A stretch of 56,507 nt of DNA, the filler included, from Malassezia furfur (Eukaryota): the NCBI GenBank assembly GCA_052055015.1. It is 3 parts of 3 records of this genome, joined end to end, with 100 filler letters (N's around TTAATTAATTAA, not from the genome) between each part and the next. Parts side by side here need not be neighbours in the genome. Positions count along the whole stretch, not along the records: positions 18,889 to 37,656 come from JBQJIT010000201.1; 2 more parts are not named here. One strand, written 5' to 3'. The translations under genes and the position numbers were made by a program. Numbering within the stretch: the stretch's first letter is position 1; each line of letters begins with the position of its first letter. A model generated the notes under the pieces. That model made no database searches. It was not told where the DNA came from and saw nothing but the letters and a program-made list of their open reading frames with translations. Shown in pieces: positions 19,866-29,286 of the stretch.

Positions 19866-22800
19866 TTACAACAGATCGTCGACCTTGGCAAGCAAGCGGT
19901 CCTTGGGCGGCTTGATGCCCTCGCCCTCCATCACGTCGCCGAGCGTCGCGATCTGGTCGCGCGTGAGCTCGGCGTCGACCAAGAGCTGCGCCATGAACGA
20001 GTACGCCGAGGGCGCATCCATGCTCGTGTCGTCCAAGTAGGTGAGCTGCGGCTTGAAGCCCTCGAGGAGCATCTCCTCGGTCAGCACATTGCGCTCGCGC
20101 AGCGTCTTGATCAGCTTGCCCGCGTCCTGCACCGTGTCCGGCTTCTTGTCGAGCACGGCGGCAACCAGCGCGTCGACAAAGAGCGTGCGGTGCTTTTCGG
20201 GGAGTGCCTCGATGCTCTGCACACCCTCGTTGAGGTCGCGGATAGCGAGGTACTCTTTGACGTCGTTGGACACCTTGCGCTTGACGTCCTCCTCGCTGGG
20301 CTCGGCGCTCGCCGCGTCTGCCTCGCCGTGCTCCTCGTCGCCGGCCGGCTTGGTGCGCGGCTGGAGCTGCAGCTTGGGGCGCTGCGGCGCCTCGTCGCCA
20401 CCCTCGTGCGACGCGTTGAGCAGGTTGAACATGTTGCCCGCGTTCGCGCCACGCGACGGCGAGCGGTTGTCGGCGTCGGCCGGCGCGCCCTTTTGGTTCT
20501 TGCGCGAAAAGATGCTCTGCGGCCCGCCTCCCAGCTTGCCAGCCGCGCTGCGGTCGATGCCCTTGCCGAAGCCGGACAGGTCGCCGGCACGGCCCGTGCG
20601 AGGCGGAGGCGCCGCGCCGCCACCCACGGTGCTCCAGCCGTCGGCGCTGTGGTGCGCCTGCTCGCGCGGCTGACCGCGCCGCGAGCCGCCACGCGGGAGG
20701 CCGTGCGAGAACTTCTCGGCCTCCTTTTGCTGCTGCTGCTTCTTGGCGGCCTCGGCGTGGATCTCGGCAATGGTCTTGGGCGCCGAGGTGTCGTGGCGCG
20801 ACACCCAGTTGTCGTTGCGCAGGTCGATCACGTCGAGCAGCATGAAACGCATGCGCGACGAGATGTTGGGGCTCTGCAGGATATCGTCGATGCGCTTGAA
20901 GTAGACGTCCATACGACTCTTGTTGTTGCCGCCGCCCGCATCGAGCAGCGCACCGACGGTGGTGAGCAGGCGGCACACGCTCTCGATTTCGTCCTCCTCC
21001 GGCTCGGTGGTGGTGCGCAACAGACGCACAATGCACGTGTGCATAATGCGCGGCTGGAGCATCTGCAGCTTGAACAGCTCGCCGACAAATTGCACCAGAC
21101 CCAGCCCGCGGCGCTTGGCCTTTTGCTCCGCATAGTACTCGTCGGAGAGCAGTTCGGGCTCGTTGCCCGGCTTCTTCTCCTTGGCAGCGCCCCAGCCCTT
21201 CTCAAAGTCGCCCTGGCACCAGGTGAGCAGGTACTTGCGGAAGAGGAAGCCGCCGCGGTACTCCTTGCCCTCCTTCTCGTCCAGCACCTCGTCCTTGATC
21301 TCGGGGTTGAGGTTCACCTGGATCTTGGCACAGAGCTGCGCATACATCTCACTCCACGCCGCCTCGTCGATCGCCTTTTCAAACACGAGCGCAATCACCT
21401 GGCGCAGCGTACGCCCGTCGTCCTCGTTCGCCGACTGGTTCGCGATGGCGACAATCTGGTCGCTGATCGACTCAAACTTCTCCACCGTAAGCTTGTTGAG
21501 CAGCGACTTGACCTTGCGCTCCACCTGCAGCGGCTGGTCGGCCTCCTTGCGCGCCGAATCGTCCAGACTCTGCGGCTTCCACCGGTTCTCACTAAAGGCC
21601 AGCGGCACCACCTGGTCGAGCGGGATCGTCGGACCGCCCTTCTCCGGCGGGTTGACGTGCGGGCCACGCTGCCGGCCGCGGTTGCTCTTCGGGCGCGCGC
21701 CCATCGGCACGCCGGTGCCCATCGTCTCCCGCGACGGCAGCGGACCGCCACTGCCGCCGCGCGACATGCCGTGGCCGCGGCCCCCGCTAAAGGCGCCCAT
21801 CGGGCCACTGCCGCCAAAGCCGCCGCGGCTCGCGGCTGCAAAGCGCTCCTCGCTCGTACGGGCCCCGCCACGGCCACCCATGCCGCCGCGGCCAGGACCG
21901 CCCATGCCACCACGACGGCCGCCACGCCCGCCGCTCACGCTTTCCATGCCGATGCTCGCAAGCAGCGGCAGGTCCGCGGGCTTCTCGGTATATACGCTCA
22001 TGAACTGCAGCAAGAAGTCCCGGTCGTACCGGAACTTGCCCGGGGGCGCTGCCACGTTCAGCTTCGCGTCGGGCGCCTGCACCGACTCGGGGTACTGCAC
22101 CGCACCGAGGTCCTGGATGGGCGCTGCATGCTCAATCGCACGGTTCGGCTCCGCAGACGTCGACGCCTCGGCGTTGTCATCGGCCGGCGCCTCCGCCGAG
22201 GTGTCGTCTGCCTTGGCCGGCGCCGCCGACTCCGTCTTGGCCGGCTCACCTTCCTCCGCCTTGGCCTTGGCGGCCTCGTCGGCCGCAGCCTTTTCCGCCG
22301 CCGCCTTGTCCGCGGCGGTCTTGTCGGCCGCCGCCTTGTCGGCAGCGGCCTTGTCCGCGGCAGCCTTCTCGGCAGCGGCCTTGTCCGCAGCGGCCTTCTC
22401 GGCAGCGGCCTTTTCGGCGGCGGCCTTTTCGGCAGCGGCCTTTTCGGCAGCGGCCTTTTCGGCGGCGGCCTTTTCGGCGGCGGCCTTCTCTTCAGCCGCC
22501 TTCTCCTCGGCCGCCTTCTTCTCTGCCGCCTCACGCTCGGCCTTCTCTTCGGCGGCCTTCTTCTCCGCTGCTTCGCGCTCGGCCTTTTCGCGCTCGGCCT
22601 TCTCGGCCTCGGCCTTGGCACGCTCGGCCTCTTCGCGCTCGGCACGCTCCTTCTCCTCCTTGGCACGCGCCGCGGCCTCCTTCTCGGCACGCTCCTTCTC
22701 TTCCTTCTCGCGCTCGGCCTTCTCACGCTCCATCTTGAGCTTCAGCACGCGCTGCTGGAAGTCGGCCTGGGTCTTTACGCGGCTCTGCTCCGAGGCCGTG

Positions 22801-23780
22801 GCAGGCGCCTGGCCACCGGAACCGGTCGACTTCGGCGTGCCGGGCGCCGAGGCGCCATGCGACGACGGCGCCGGACTGTGCGCAGCTTTCGGCGTAGACG
22901 ACGCCGAGGCAGCGGCGGCGGCAGACGTCTTTTGCCGCACCTGCTCGAGGTCCAGCTCGGTGTGCGTCTCGGGGTTGACGATGCGCAGCGCCTTGCTCTT
23001 TTGCGGTTCAAAGGTACGCGCACCCACGTTCATCGCAAAGTTGGGCGACGGCGAAGCGGGTGGGTAGAAGGGCTGCGCACCACCAGGGCGCGGCATCATC
23101 GCAGGGCCACGCGGTGAGTTCGCCGCATGCATCGGCGAGCCGGGCATGCTACCCAGGTGCGGCGAGTTTGGCTGCTGCGGCCAGCCCTGCTGCGGCATGT
23201 AGGGGAAGCCGCCAGGGCTCATGGGGTAGCCGACGTGGGGGTACATCGGCGCGCCCTGCCATGGCGCAGGCCCGCCGGGGTACGGCATACCAGGTACAAG
23301 CGGCGTACCAGGCTGCGACGAGGGCGTCGGCGGCACCTTGTCGGGCCCCGCACCTTTGGGCACATGGGCCGCAGCGCCGCGCGGCGTCGCCGCAGGGGCA
23401 CCCTGTGCGGCCGACGGTGCACCCTGCGCCGGTGCACCGCCTTGGAAGAGCTTCTGGAAGTCGAGCTTCTTGCCCTTCTTGTCCGCCGGAGGCTCGTTGG
23501 CCGCGACGCTGCCGAACACGGTGGGGTTGCCACCCTGCAGGTGCTTGCCGGCGCTCGGCTGCGCAGCCGGTGACGAGCTGAGCACAGCACCTTGGTCATC
23601 AACCGTGCCAAAGTTGATGCTATGCGCAGGCGACGCGCCGCGCGACGCCGCGTGCTTGGGCATGTTCACCGGCTCGTCCGTCTTGGACGCATGCTTCGGC
23701 GGCTTGCCGCCCTTGTGGGAGCCAGAACGCGGCGCGTTCCCAGCGTTCGGCGTGGACGTACGCTTCTCTTGTCCACTCAT
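19866..23780 (-). CDS. TIF4631: Translation initiation factor eIF4G, 1304 aa
   Basis: eIF4E-binding motif RYDRDFLLQF, MIF4G domain (VERKVKSLLNKLTVEKFESISDQI, LVFEKAIDE, GLVQFVGELFKL, SSRMRFMLLDVIDLR) and an MA3-like C-terminus. Confidence 0.95.
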   Translation of the reverse strand: MSGQEKRTSTPNAGNAPRSGSHKGGKPPKHASKTDEPVNMPKHAASRGASPAHSINFGTVDDQGAVLSSSPAAQPSAGKHLQGGNPTVFGSVAANEPPADKKGKKLDFQKLFQGGAPAQGAPSAAQGAPAATPRGAAAHVPKGAGPDKVPPTPSSQPGTPLVPGMPYPGGPAPWQGAPMYPHVGYPMSPGGFPYMPQQGWPQQPNSPHLGSMPGSPMHAANSPRGPAMMPRPGGAQPFYPPASPSPNFAMNVGARTFEPQKSKALRIVNPETHTELDLEQVRQKTSAAAAASASSTPKAAHSPAPSSHGASAPGTPKSTGSGGQAPATASEQSRVKTQADFQQRVLKLKMEREKAEREKEEKERAEKEAAARAKEEKERAEREEAERAKAEAEKAEREKAEREAAEKKAAEEKAEREAAEKKAAEEKAAEEKAAAEKAAAEKAAAEKAAAEKAAAEKAAAEKAAADKAAAEKAAADKAAADKAAADKTAADKAAAEKAAADEAAKAKAEEGEPAKTESAAPAKADDTSAEAPADDNAEASTSAEPNRAIEHAAPIQDLGAVQYPESVQAPDAKLNVAAPPGKFRYDRDFLLQFMSVYTEKPADLPLLASIGMESVSGGRGGRRGGMGGPGRGGMGGRGGARTSEERFAAASRGGFGGSGPMGAFSGGRGHGMSRGGSGGPLPSRETMGTGVPMGARPKSNRGRQRGPHVNPPEKGGPTIPLDQVVPLAFSENRWKPQSLDDSARKEADQPLQVERKVKSLLNKLTVEKFESISDQIVAIANQSANEDDGRTLRQVIALVFEKAIDEAAWSEMYAQLCAKIQVNLNPEIKDEVLDEKEGKEYRGGFLFRKYLLTWCQGDFEKGWGAAKEKKPGNEPELLSDEYYAEQKAKRRGLGLVQFVGELFKLQMLQPRIMHTCIVRLLRTTTEPEEDEIESVCRLLTTVGALLDAGGGNNKSRMDVYFKRIDDILQSPNISSRMRFMLLDVIDLRNDNWVSRHDTSAPKTIAEIHAEAAKKQQQQKEAEKFSHGLPRGGSRRGQPREQAHHSADGWSTVGGGAAPPPRTGRAGDLSGFGKGIDRSAAGKLGGGPQSIFSRKNQKGAPADADNRSPSRGANAGNMFNLLNASHEGGDEAPQRPKLQLQPRTKPAGDEEHGEADAASAEPSEEDVKRKVSNDVKEYLAIRDLNEGVQSIEALPEKHRTLFVDALVAAVLDKKPDTVQDAGKLIKTLRERNVLTEEMLLEGFKPQLTYLDDTSMDAPSAYSFMAQLLVDAELTRDQIATLGDVMEGEGIKPPKDRLLAKVDDLL
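22255..22730 (-). repeat. Coding minisatellite in eIF4G: 15-nt units encoding (E/D)KAAA, preceded by E/K/R-rich repeats
   Basis: Repeated ggcagcggccttttc/ggcggcggccttttc units; protein reads EKAAAEKAAA..DKAAA. Confidence 0.9.
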
Positions 23781-24002
23781 ACAATCGGGAGGAAAAAAGT
23801 AGTGCGACCTCTACACAAACCGTGCAGAGTCGGACGACAGTTGCAGCTTCTCTCTCTTCGAGAGGCGCTGGCGGGAACCTTGGCGCTCGGCCGCCGCGCA
23901 ATTTTTCGCGCCGGTTGCAAACGGCTGCAGACGTTTAGTCAAATTACACTACACGCACGTGGCTATGTTGGGGCCCCCAGGTGAGCCCGGATCCCCGAAG
24001 TG

Positions 24003-26313
24003 TCAGGCGCGCTTGCGCTTTGCGGCAGGCGCCGTCTTGGCCGGTGCCTTTTTGTCGGTGCCGTTCACCATGGCACCACGCAAATCATGCGCGGCTTCGC
24101 CATACAGCGGGCGCACAGGCAGCTTCCCACTCGTAGGCACCTTGTAGCGCGGCCGCTCCGGCGCCACTTCAGGCACAATGTCGGTGCTCTTGGGCTCCTC
24201 TCCGTGTACCAGATGCGCCGCGTACCACGGGCGCAGCAGGCCAATTTGTGCAGGCAAACTTGCGCGTGAGACCAATACCACGGGGGGCGGAGGCGCGTAC
24301 GTCGGTGCCACTTTGCGCTCGCCGTCGGCCACAGCAGCATTCGTCGGCGCCGCGCGGCCAAAGAACAGCCGACTGGGAACTGACAGGCCTGCGAGGCCCA
24401 ACTCACGGTCAAGACCCAGCTCACGGAACCCGAAGAAGTCGTCGCCAAGCCCCTCGGCAAAATGACCTAGCGTGAGCGCCTCACCGTCGCGGGCAAGCAG
24501 CTCGTCGTCCTCAACGACGGCGCGTCCGAGGTTCGTGAGCTGTTCACGATACGCCGACTGCAACTTTCGAAGCCACTCGCGCAAGCGCACACCGTACCGC
24601 TCCACGTCGTTTTTGATGTATGCATCAAGTTTCTGGACATGGGTGCCGCCGCTGTTGTGCAGCGCATGTACAACCATTTCTTCCGCACCCATTTCCGTAC
24701 CAAAGCGATCGCAGTAGAGGCGCAGCGTACGCGCAAGGCCCATCATATACTCGCGCGTAACGTCCGTGAGGATGTGCAGGGCATTGGCATGGCTTCCATC
24801 AAAGCCCGTGTGCGCCAGCAGCATGCGCACCTGCCACGCAATCTGCTCGCGCGCGTACCCACGTGAGAGGCGGGGGAACGGGTTGACTCGACCTGTCGCG
24901 TGGACCTCGTGTGGGGTCCTGTGTGGCTCGCTCGGAGGCCTGGATGCTTGCGCGCCGCTAGGCGAGTGCGGGGTGGTCACACGGGCACTTGTCTCGCTGG
25001 CTGCCTCGGCGTCGTCTGCAACGGCGGCAGCAGACGCACCTGCGTTGCCTTCTTCCTCTTCCCCCATGCCCTCATCCTCGTCGGACGACGCTTGCGCAAG
25101 GTCAGCAGGGATGGGTAGTTCGTGCTCGACGACATCGGCGAGCCGGAAGAATTTCTGGTGGGTATGATGCAGACGTCGCAGCGTCTGGATATTGCGCGCC
25201 ATCATGCGGGGTATTCCGCGCCGATCCATTGGCTGTCGCGAGCGCGGCGGTGTATCATGAGAAGGCGAGGTGGGATGGCGGCCTGTATAAGCCAGTGATG
25301 GCAGGCCGGCACCGACCATGGCATCGGTTCCACACGATGCCCACCACGCGTGCAACGCATCACGCGGACGCACGCTCACATCCTTACGTGACCGCTGCAG
25401 ACCAAGGGCATTACCCAATGGGTCGACGCCGCGGGCATGACCGATCTGCTCGAGCATGGCCAAGGTCGCAGGAAGCGCGCGCGTTTCGCTAGACTCAGCC
25501 TCAGCGGGGAAACGGCGCGAAAGTGACGTGCCTTGGACAGCGGGCACGGCTAGGTGAGGATCAAGGTCGGAAAAAACCAATGTCGACTCGGCACTGCGCC
25601 GCAGTGCAACGTGCTGGGCAAACGGTGCCTGCTCCTGGTCGTTTTCGTCCACCTCCATTTCGTGCACGGGCGCAGCCGGGGGCTCTGCCGGGGGCGGTGC
25701 GCTCGGTTGCGGCTCCTCGGCGGTTTTCGGCGCAGGTGGTGGCTGCCAATGGCTTAGGATATCCTTGATGTCACCCTTTTCGCTCAAAAACCCTAGCAGG
25801 TGATTGGCCTTCTTGCGCATCATCGTCGCGTTTCGACGAAGGGGGTGTTGTGGTGACGCATTGTACAGTAGACAGTTGTCCCAAATCAAATCTAGGTCGC
25901 TTTGAAATTGTCCCTTGTTCTTGTACTGTCCACTCTTGAGCTTCTTTTGCATGGTGCCGAGATCCATAGGGTTCTTGATTACTGCGGGTTAGCGTCGTCC
26001 ACCACCTACCGTCGTAGTAATCGGGTGCGTCGCGCTTGCTCACGCGCTGTAGAAATGCCTGGGAGTGTTCCTGGTGTGTCAGGAGGAGCACATACAGTGT
26101 AGTTACGAAGCTCCGTGAGGATTCGCTCCATCGACTCTTCGAACTCTTCCTTCTCGTCCTGGTGTCAGTCACGTCGCGCTCCACGTACCCTGCCACGGCG
26201 CGCATCGGTGAGCAGCTGATGTAGTTCTGCATCACCCAATGCCACGTCGCCACGATTGGCCTCGATCGCCTGAAGTAGATACTGTCTGTGAGCTTTGCAT
26301 CACACACCTTCAT
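24003..26313 (-). CDS. SPT7: SAGA subunit Spt7 (bromodomain plus histone fold), 733 aa, 4 introns (26282-26307, 26159-26188, 26071-26095, 25982-26009)
   Basis: Spliced MK|YLLQAIEANR..|..LTELRNYT|EHSQAFLQRVSKRDAPDYYDV|IKNPMDLGTM..LIWDNCLLYN; histone-fold region LLAHTGF..LTDV and GDDFFGFRELGLDRELGL. Confidence 0.88.
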
Positions 26314-26375
26314 GGCCGGGTGGGGAAGCGTACGGGCCACGTGATGGTGGGTGGAGGAAGTTTTTTTGGACAACG

Positions 26376-27464
26376 ATGAAGCGGCAGCGCACGGCGCACG
26401 GCAAGGCACCCCGGCGCGCGCCTGCATCCACGCCTGCACCTGCGTCGACGGGGGTGAACAAGGTGAAGAATGCCATTCGGCAGACAAAGCGCCTACTAGC
26501 ACGCGTATGTTGCGCCTCTTGCTCACCGCAGGACACCATCACGCCGGGCACACGGATCGAGGCCGAGCGCCGTCTTCTTGCACTACAGCGCGAGCTCGAG
26601 GAGAAGGAGAAAGCCGGAAAAGAGCGGAATCTGGCAAGCCGATACCACAAAGTCAAGTTCTTTGGTATGTTTGCGCAAGGGAACTAACCACAGAGCGCCA
26701 GAAGATCCACCGTCGTGTGCGTCAGCTGCGCCGCGAGGCAGAAAAAGATCCGAAAAAGAAGGCGGTGCGCGCAGCTCTCTACGAGGCACGCGTTCTACTG
26801 CACTATGTCATGGTACGCATCGCGACTCACACAGACCTTCCCTCATGACCAGCGCTACGTGGCCCTCTTTGCGCAGGGGAACCATGACCCTGTTCTGCCC
26901 AAAAGCGATGCATCCGACCGCGCACAGCAAAAGGCGGCTGCGTATCTCGCCCATGTGCGCAAGCAAGTGAAACGTGGCGAACTATCCGATGAGCCCGAAG
27001 TGGAGCTTGAAGCGCGCGAAGAAGCGTCGCGACAGGCACGTCGGACCAGTGGCACCAAACGAACTCGTGTCGATGACGCTTCGAACGCCCAGGCTCCCAA
27101 GCGCCGGAATGTGGCACAGGAGGCAGACGAGGAAAGCGAAGCATCGGATGCGAGTGACGCAAGTTCTTCCGGTGACAGCGACAGCGACCGCGACCGTGAT
27201 ACCAGTGACGGCGGCGAGGCAGAAAATGCAGCGCAAGGCAGCGAGACACCAGGGACCTCGTCCAGCGCCGACGCATCTGATGAAGTCACCTCCAGTGATG
27301 AATCATCCAGTGAGGAGTCATCCAGCGAGGAGTCATCCAGCGAGGAGTCGTCCAGTGAGGAAGAAGCCGTCGCACCCCGCAACGAGCGGGGTACTCGCAA
27401 GCCAGCTGCGCCCGCTGCGCCTTCCAAGCCGTCGCTCGCTGACGATGAATTTTTTGCTATGTAA
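26376..27464 (+). CDS. EFG1: rRNA-processing protein Efg1, 336 aa, 3 introns (26505-26531, 26665-26693, 26813-26834)
   Basis: KNAIRQTKRLL, RYHKVKFFE|RQK and HYVM|TFPHDQRYVALF match ribosome-biogenesis Efg1 (not the Candida transcription factor); acidic Ser-rich tail. Confidence 0.85.
27303..27362 (+). repeat. 4 x 15-nt coding tandem repeat (SSSEE) in the Efg1 tail
   Basis: tcatccagtgaggag-like unit repeated four times. Confidence 0.85.
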
Positions 27465-27465
27465 T

Positions 27466-29169
27466 TTACGGCGTGCACCGACCGGTCCAGCGAGGATACA
27501 GTGCGGTCTCGCGCACGGTCCAGCGGTTGGTGAGCCATGCCAAGAGACGCTCGAGACCAAGACCGTACCCGCCATGTTCGCATGTGCCGTAGAGGCGCTG
27601 ATCAGTGTACCAGTAGTACGGCGAGGGGTCGATGCCCTCGCGCTTGTACGCCTCGAGTAGCTCCTCCCGGTTGTTCATCCTCATGCTGCCGCCGACGATC
27701 TCGCCGACGCCCGGCATAAGCACGTCGACCGACTCGGTGAACTGCTCGTCGCCCACGACGCGGGACATGTAGAACGACTTGATCTCACGCGGGAAGCTGT
27801 GCAGCAGGATGGGCACGTTGAGCTGGTCGGTCATCTTGCGCTCCGCGGCCTCAGCAATGTCGTCGCCGATCTGGTGCGGTTTGCCCTCATCCGTGAGGAT
27901 GTTGTGGTCGTTAAGATATTGGATGGCATCCTTGTAGTTCATGCGCATGAACGGCCGCTTGGGCGCAGTGAAGCCCGGGTTGAGTTGCTCAATCAGCTCG
28001 CGTGCCGCCGGGTTGGCGAGCAAGCGGTCGACCGTGCCGCAAATGAGCTGCTCGATGTGGGTCATGAGCTCGTCGAAGTTGAGGAACGCCAGTTCCGCCT
28101 CGACGTGCGTGTACTCGCTCAAATGACGGCGCGTGTGGCTCTTCTCTGCGCGGAAACTCTCCTGAACGCAGAACACGTCGCCGAGAGCAGGCAGGCAGGT
28201 CTCGAGGTAGAGCTGCGAGCTCTGCGTCAGATACGCCTTTTCGCCGTAGTAGTCCAGAGAGAACAGTGTGCTGCCGCCCTCGACCTGCGTCTGCACCAAG
28301 CACGGCGTGTTGACCTCGGTCAGGCCAAGTGACTTGAACTCGGCACGGAACGCTTCAAGCGCAGCGGCGCGCACCTTGAGCACCGCGGACGCCGTCTCGC
28401 CACGGAGCACAAGGTGGCGGTTGTCGGCGAGAATCGAGGGATCGGCGTTCTCCGAAATGCGGTTCGTGACCGCATCTTCGCCGCCGGGCGCTTTGCCGAT
28501 GCACTTCCAGTAGTCTACCACGAGCTCATGGTTGCCCGGCGCCTTTTTGCCCTCCGGAAGCGCCTTAATCACGCCGTAGAGCTCGACAGTCGACTCGAGC
28601 GTAAGGGTGAGTGCGTCATAGGTCTGCGTGAGCTTACCCTGCAGCACGCATTGCAGGTAGCCAGTACCGTCGCGAAGGACAAGGAAGATGAGGTCCTTTT
28701 GTACGCGCAGACGATGCACCCAGCCAGACACCTTGATGCGCACGTCACGCGACTCCTCCGCCTGCCTGATCTTGATGCGCTTCGCCTCGGGCGCATCTGC
28801 GGGCGGCTCAATGACGACCTTCTTGCTCTCCTCCAGCTTCTTCTGCTCGCCCGCCTGACGCTCCTTGTCGAGCGCGGCCTGCTCCTCGGCCTTCTTTTGC
28901 TTCTTGATTGCAACGTCATACAGCTTCTTGGCCTTCTTAAGTCCCGAGCCAGAGATAGGCTCGTATGCATCTTCGCCCGGCTTCTTCAGAAGGAGCGCGA
29001 CGTCGGTGCCGTGCTTCAGCATCGCACCAACGGCGGTCTTGTACGGCTTGGCTGCGGAGCCATCCCCGGTCTCATCGTTACCTTGGGCCTCATCGTAGTG
29101 CACGGGTTGCTTATCGCTAACTTGCATCTGCGCGGTCTGCGCCGCGAGCGCTTCCGAAGAAGAAGACAT
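27466..29169 (-). CDS. DED81: Cytosolic asparaginyl-tRNA synthetase, 567 aa
   Basis: GWVHRLR, LRDGTGYLQCVL, AYLTQSSQLYLE, FRAEKSHTRRHLSEYTHVEAE, PGVGEIVGGSMR and HGGYGLGLER. Confidence 0.96.
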   Translation of the reverse strand: MSSSSEALAAQTAQMQVSDKQPVHYDEAQGNDETGDGSAAKPYKTAVGAMLKHGTDVALLLKKPGEDAYEPISGSGLKKAKKLYDVAIKKQKKAEEQAALDKERQAGEQKKLEESKKVVIEPPADAPEAKRIKIRQAEESRDVRIKVSGWVHRLRVQKDLIFLVLRDGTGYLQCVLQGKLTQTYDALTLTLESTVELYGVIKALPEGKKAPGNHELVVDYWKCIGKAPGGEDAVTNRISENADPSILADNRHLVLRGETASAVLKVRAAALEAFRAEFKSLGLTEVNTPCLVQTQVEGGSTLFSLDYYGEKAYLTQSSQLYLETCLPALGDVFCVQESFRAEKSHTRRHLSEYTHVEAELAFLNFDELMTHIEQLICGTVDRLLANPAARELIEQLNPGFTAPKRPFMRMNYKDAIQYLNDHNILTDEGKPHQIGDDIAEAAERKMTDQLNVPILLHSFPREIKSFYMSRVVGDEQFTESVDVLMPGVGEIVGGSMRMNNREELLEAYKREGIDPSPYYWYTDQRLYGTCEHGGYGLGLERLLAWLTNRWTVRETALYPRWTGRCTP

Positions 29170-29286
29170 GGTCGTTCGCCAAACCGGCGCGGCGCTGCTG
29201 ACTCATTCCTCCACAACCGGGGTGCGCCGCGGGCCCCGCGCGCCGCCAGGGCCGCCCCAGCGATAGCCATCCGCCTCCACTCGACC

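Noticed and set aside
22255..22500. Tandem repeats as a CRISPR array
   Set aside because: Eukaryotic coding repeats without spacers; no cas genes.
19716..23117. Long antisense or alternate-frame ORFs (e.g. 19716-23117 +, 34036-36162 -, 29422-31053 -, 1307-2551 +)
   Set aside because: Shadow ORFs caused by high GC and codon bias opposite recognisable genes; they carry no motifs.
28414..29286. N-terminal extensions from the ORF track (PRB1 836 aa, SPA2 from 32686, ALO1 from 17021, CNOT11-like from 3095)
   Set aside because: They begin at non-ATG or upstream codons that overlap neighbouring genes; downstream ATGs give sensible N-termini such as the PRB1 signal peptide.
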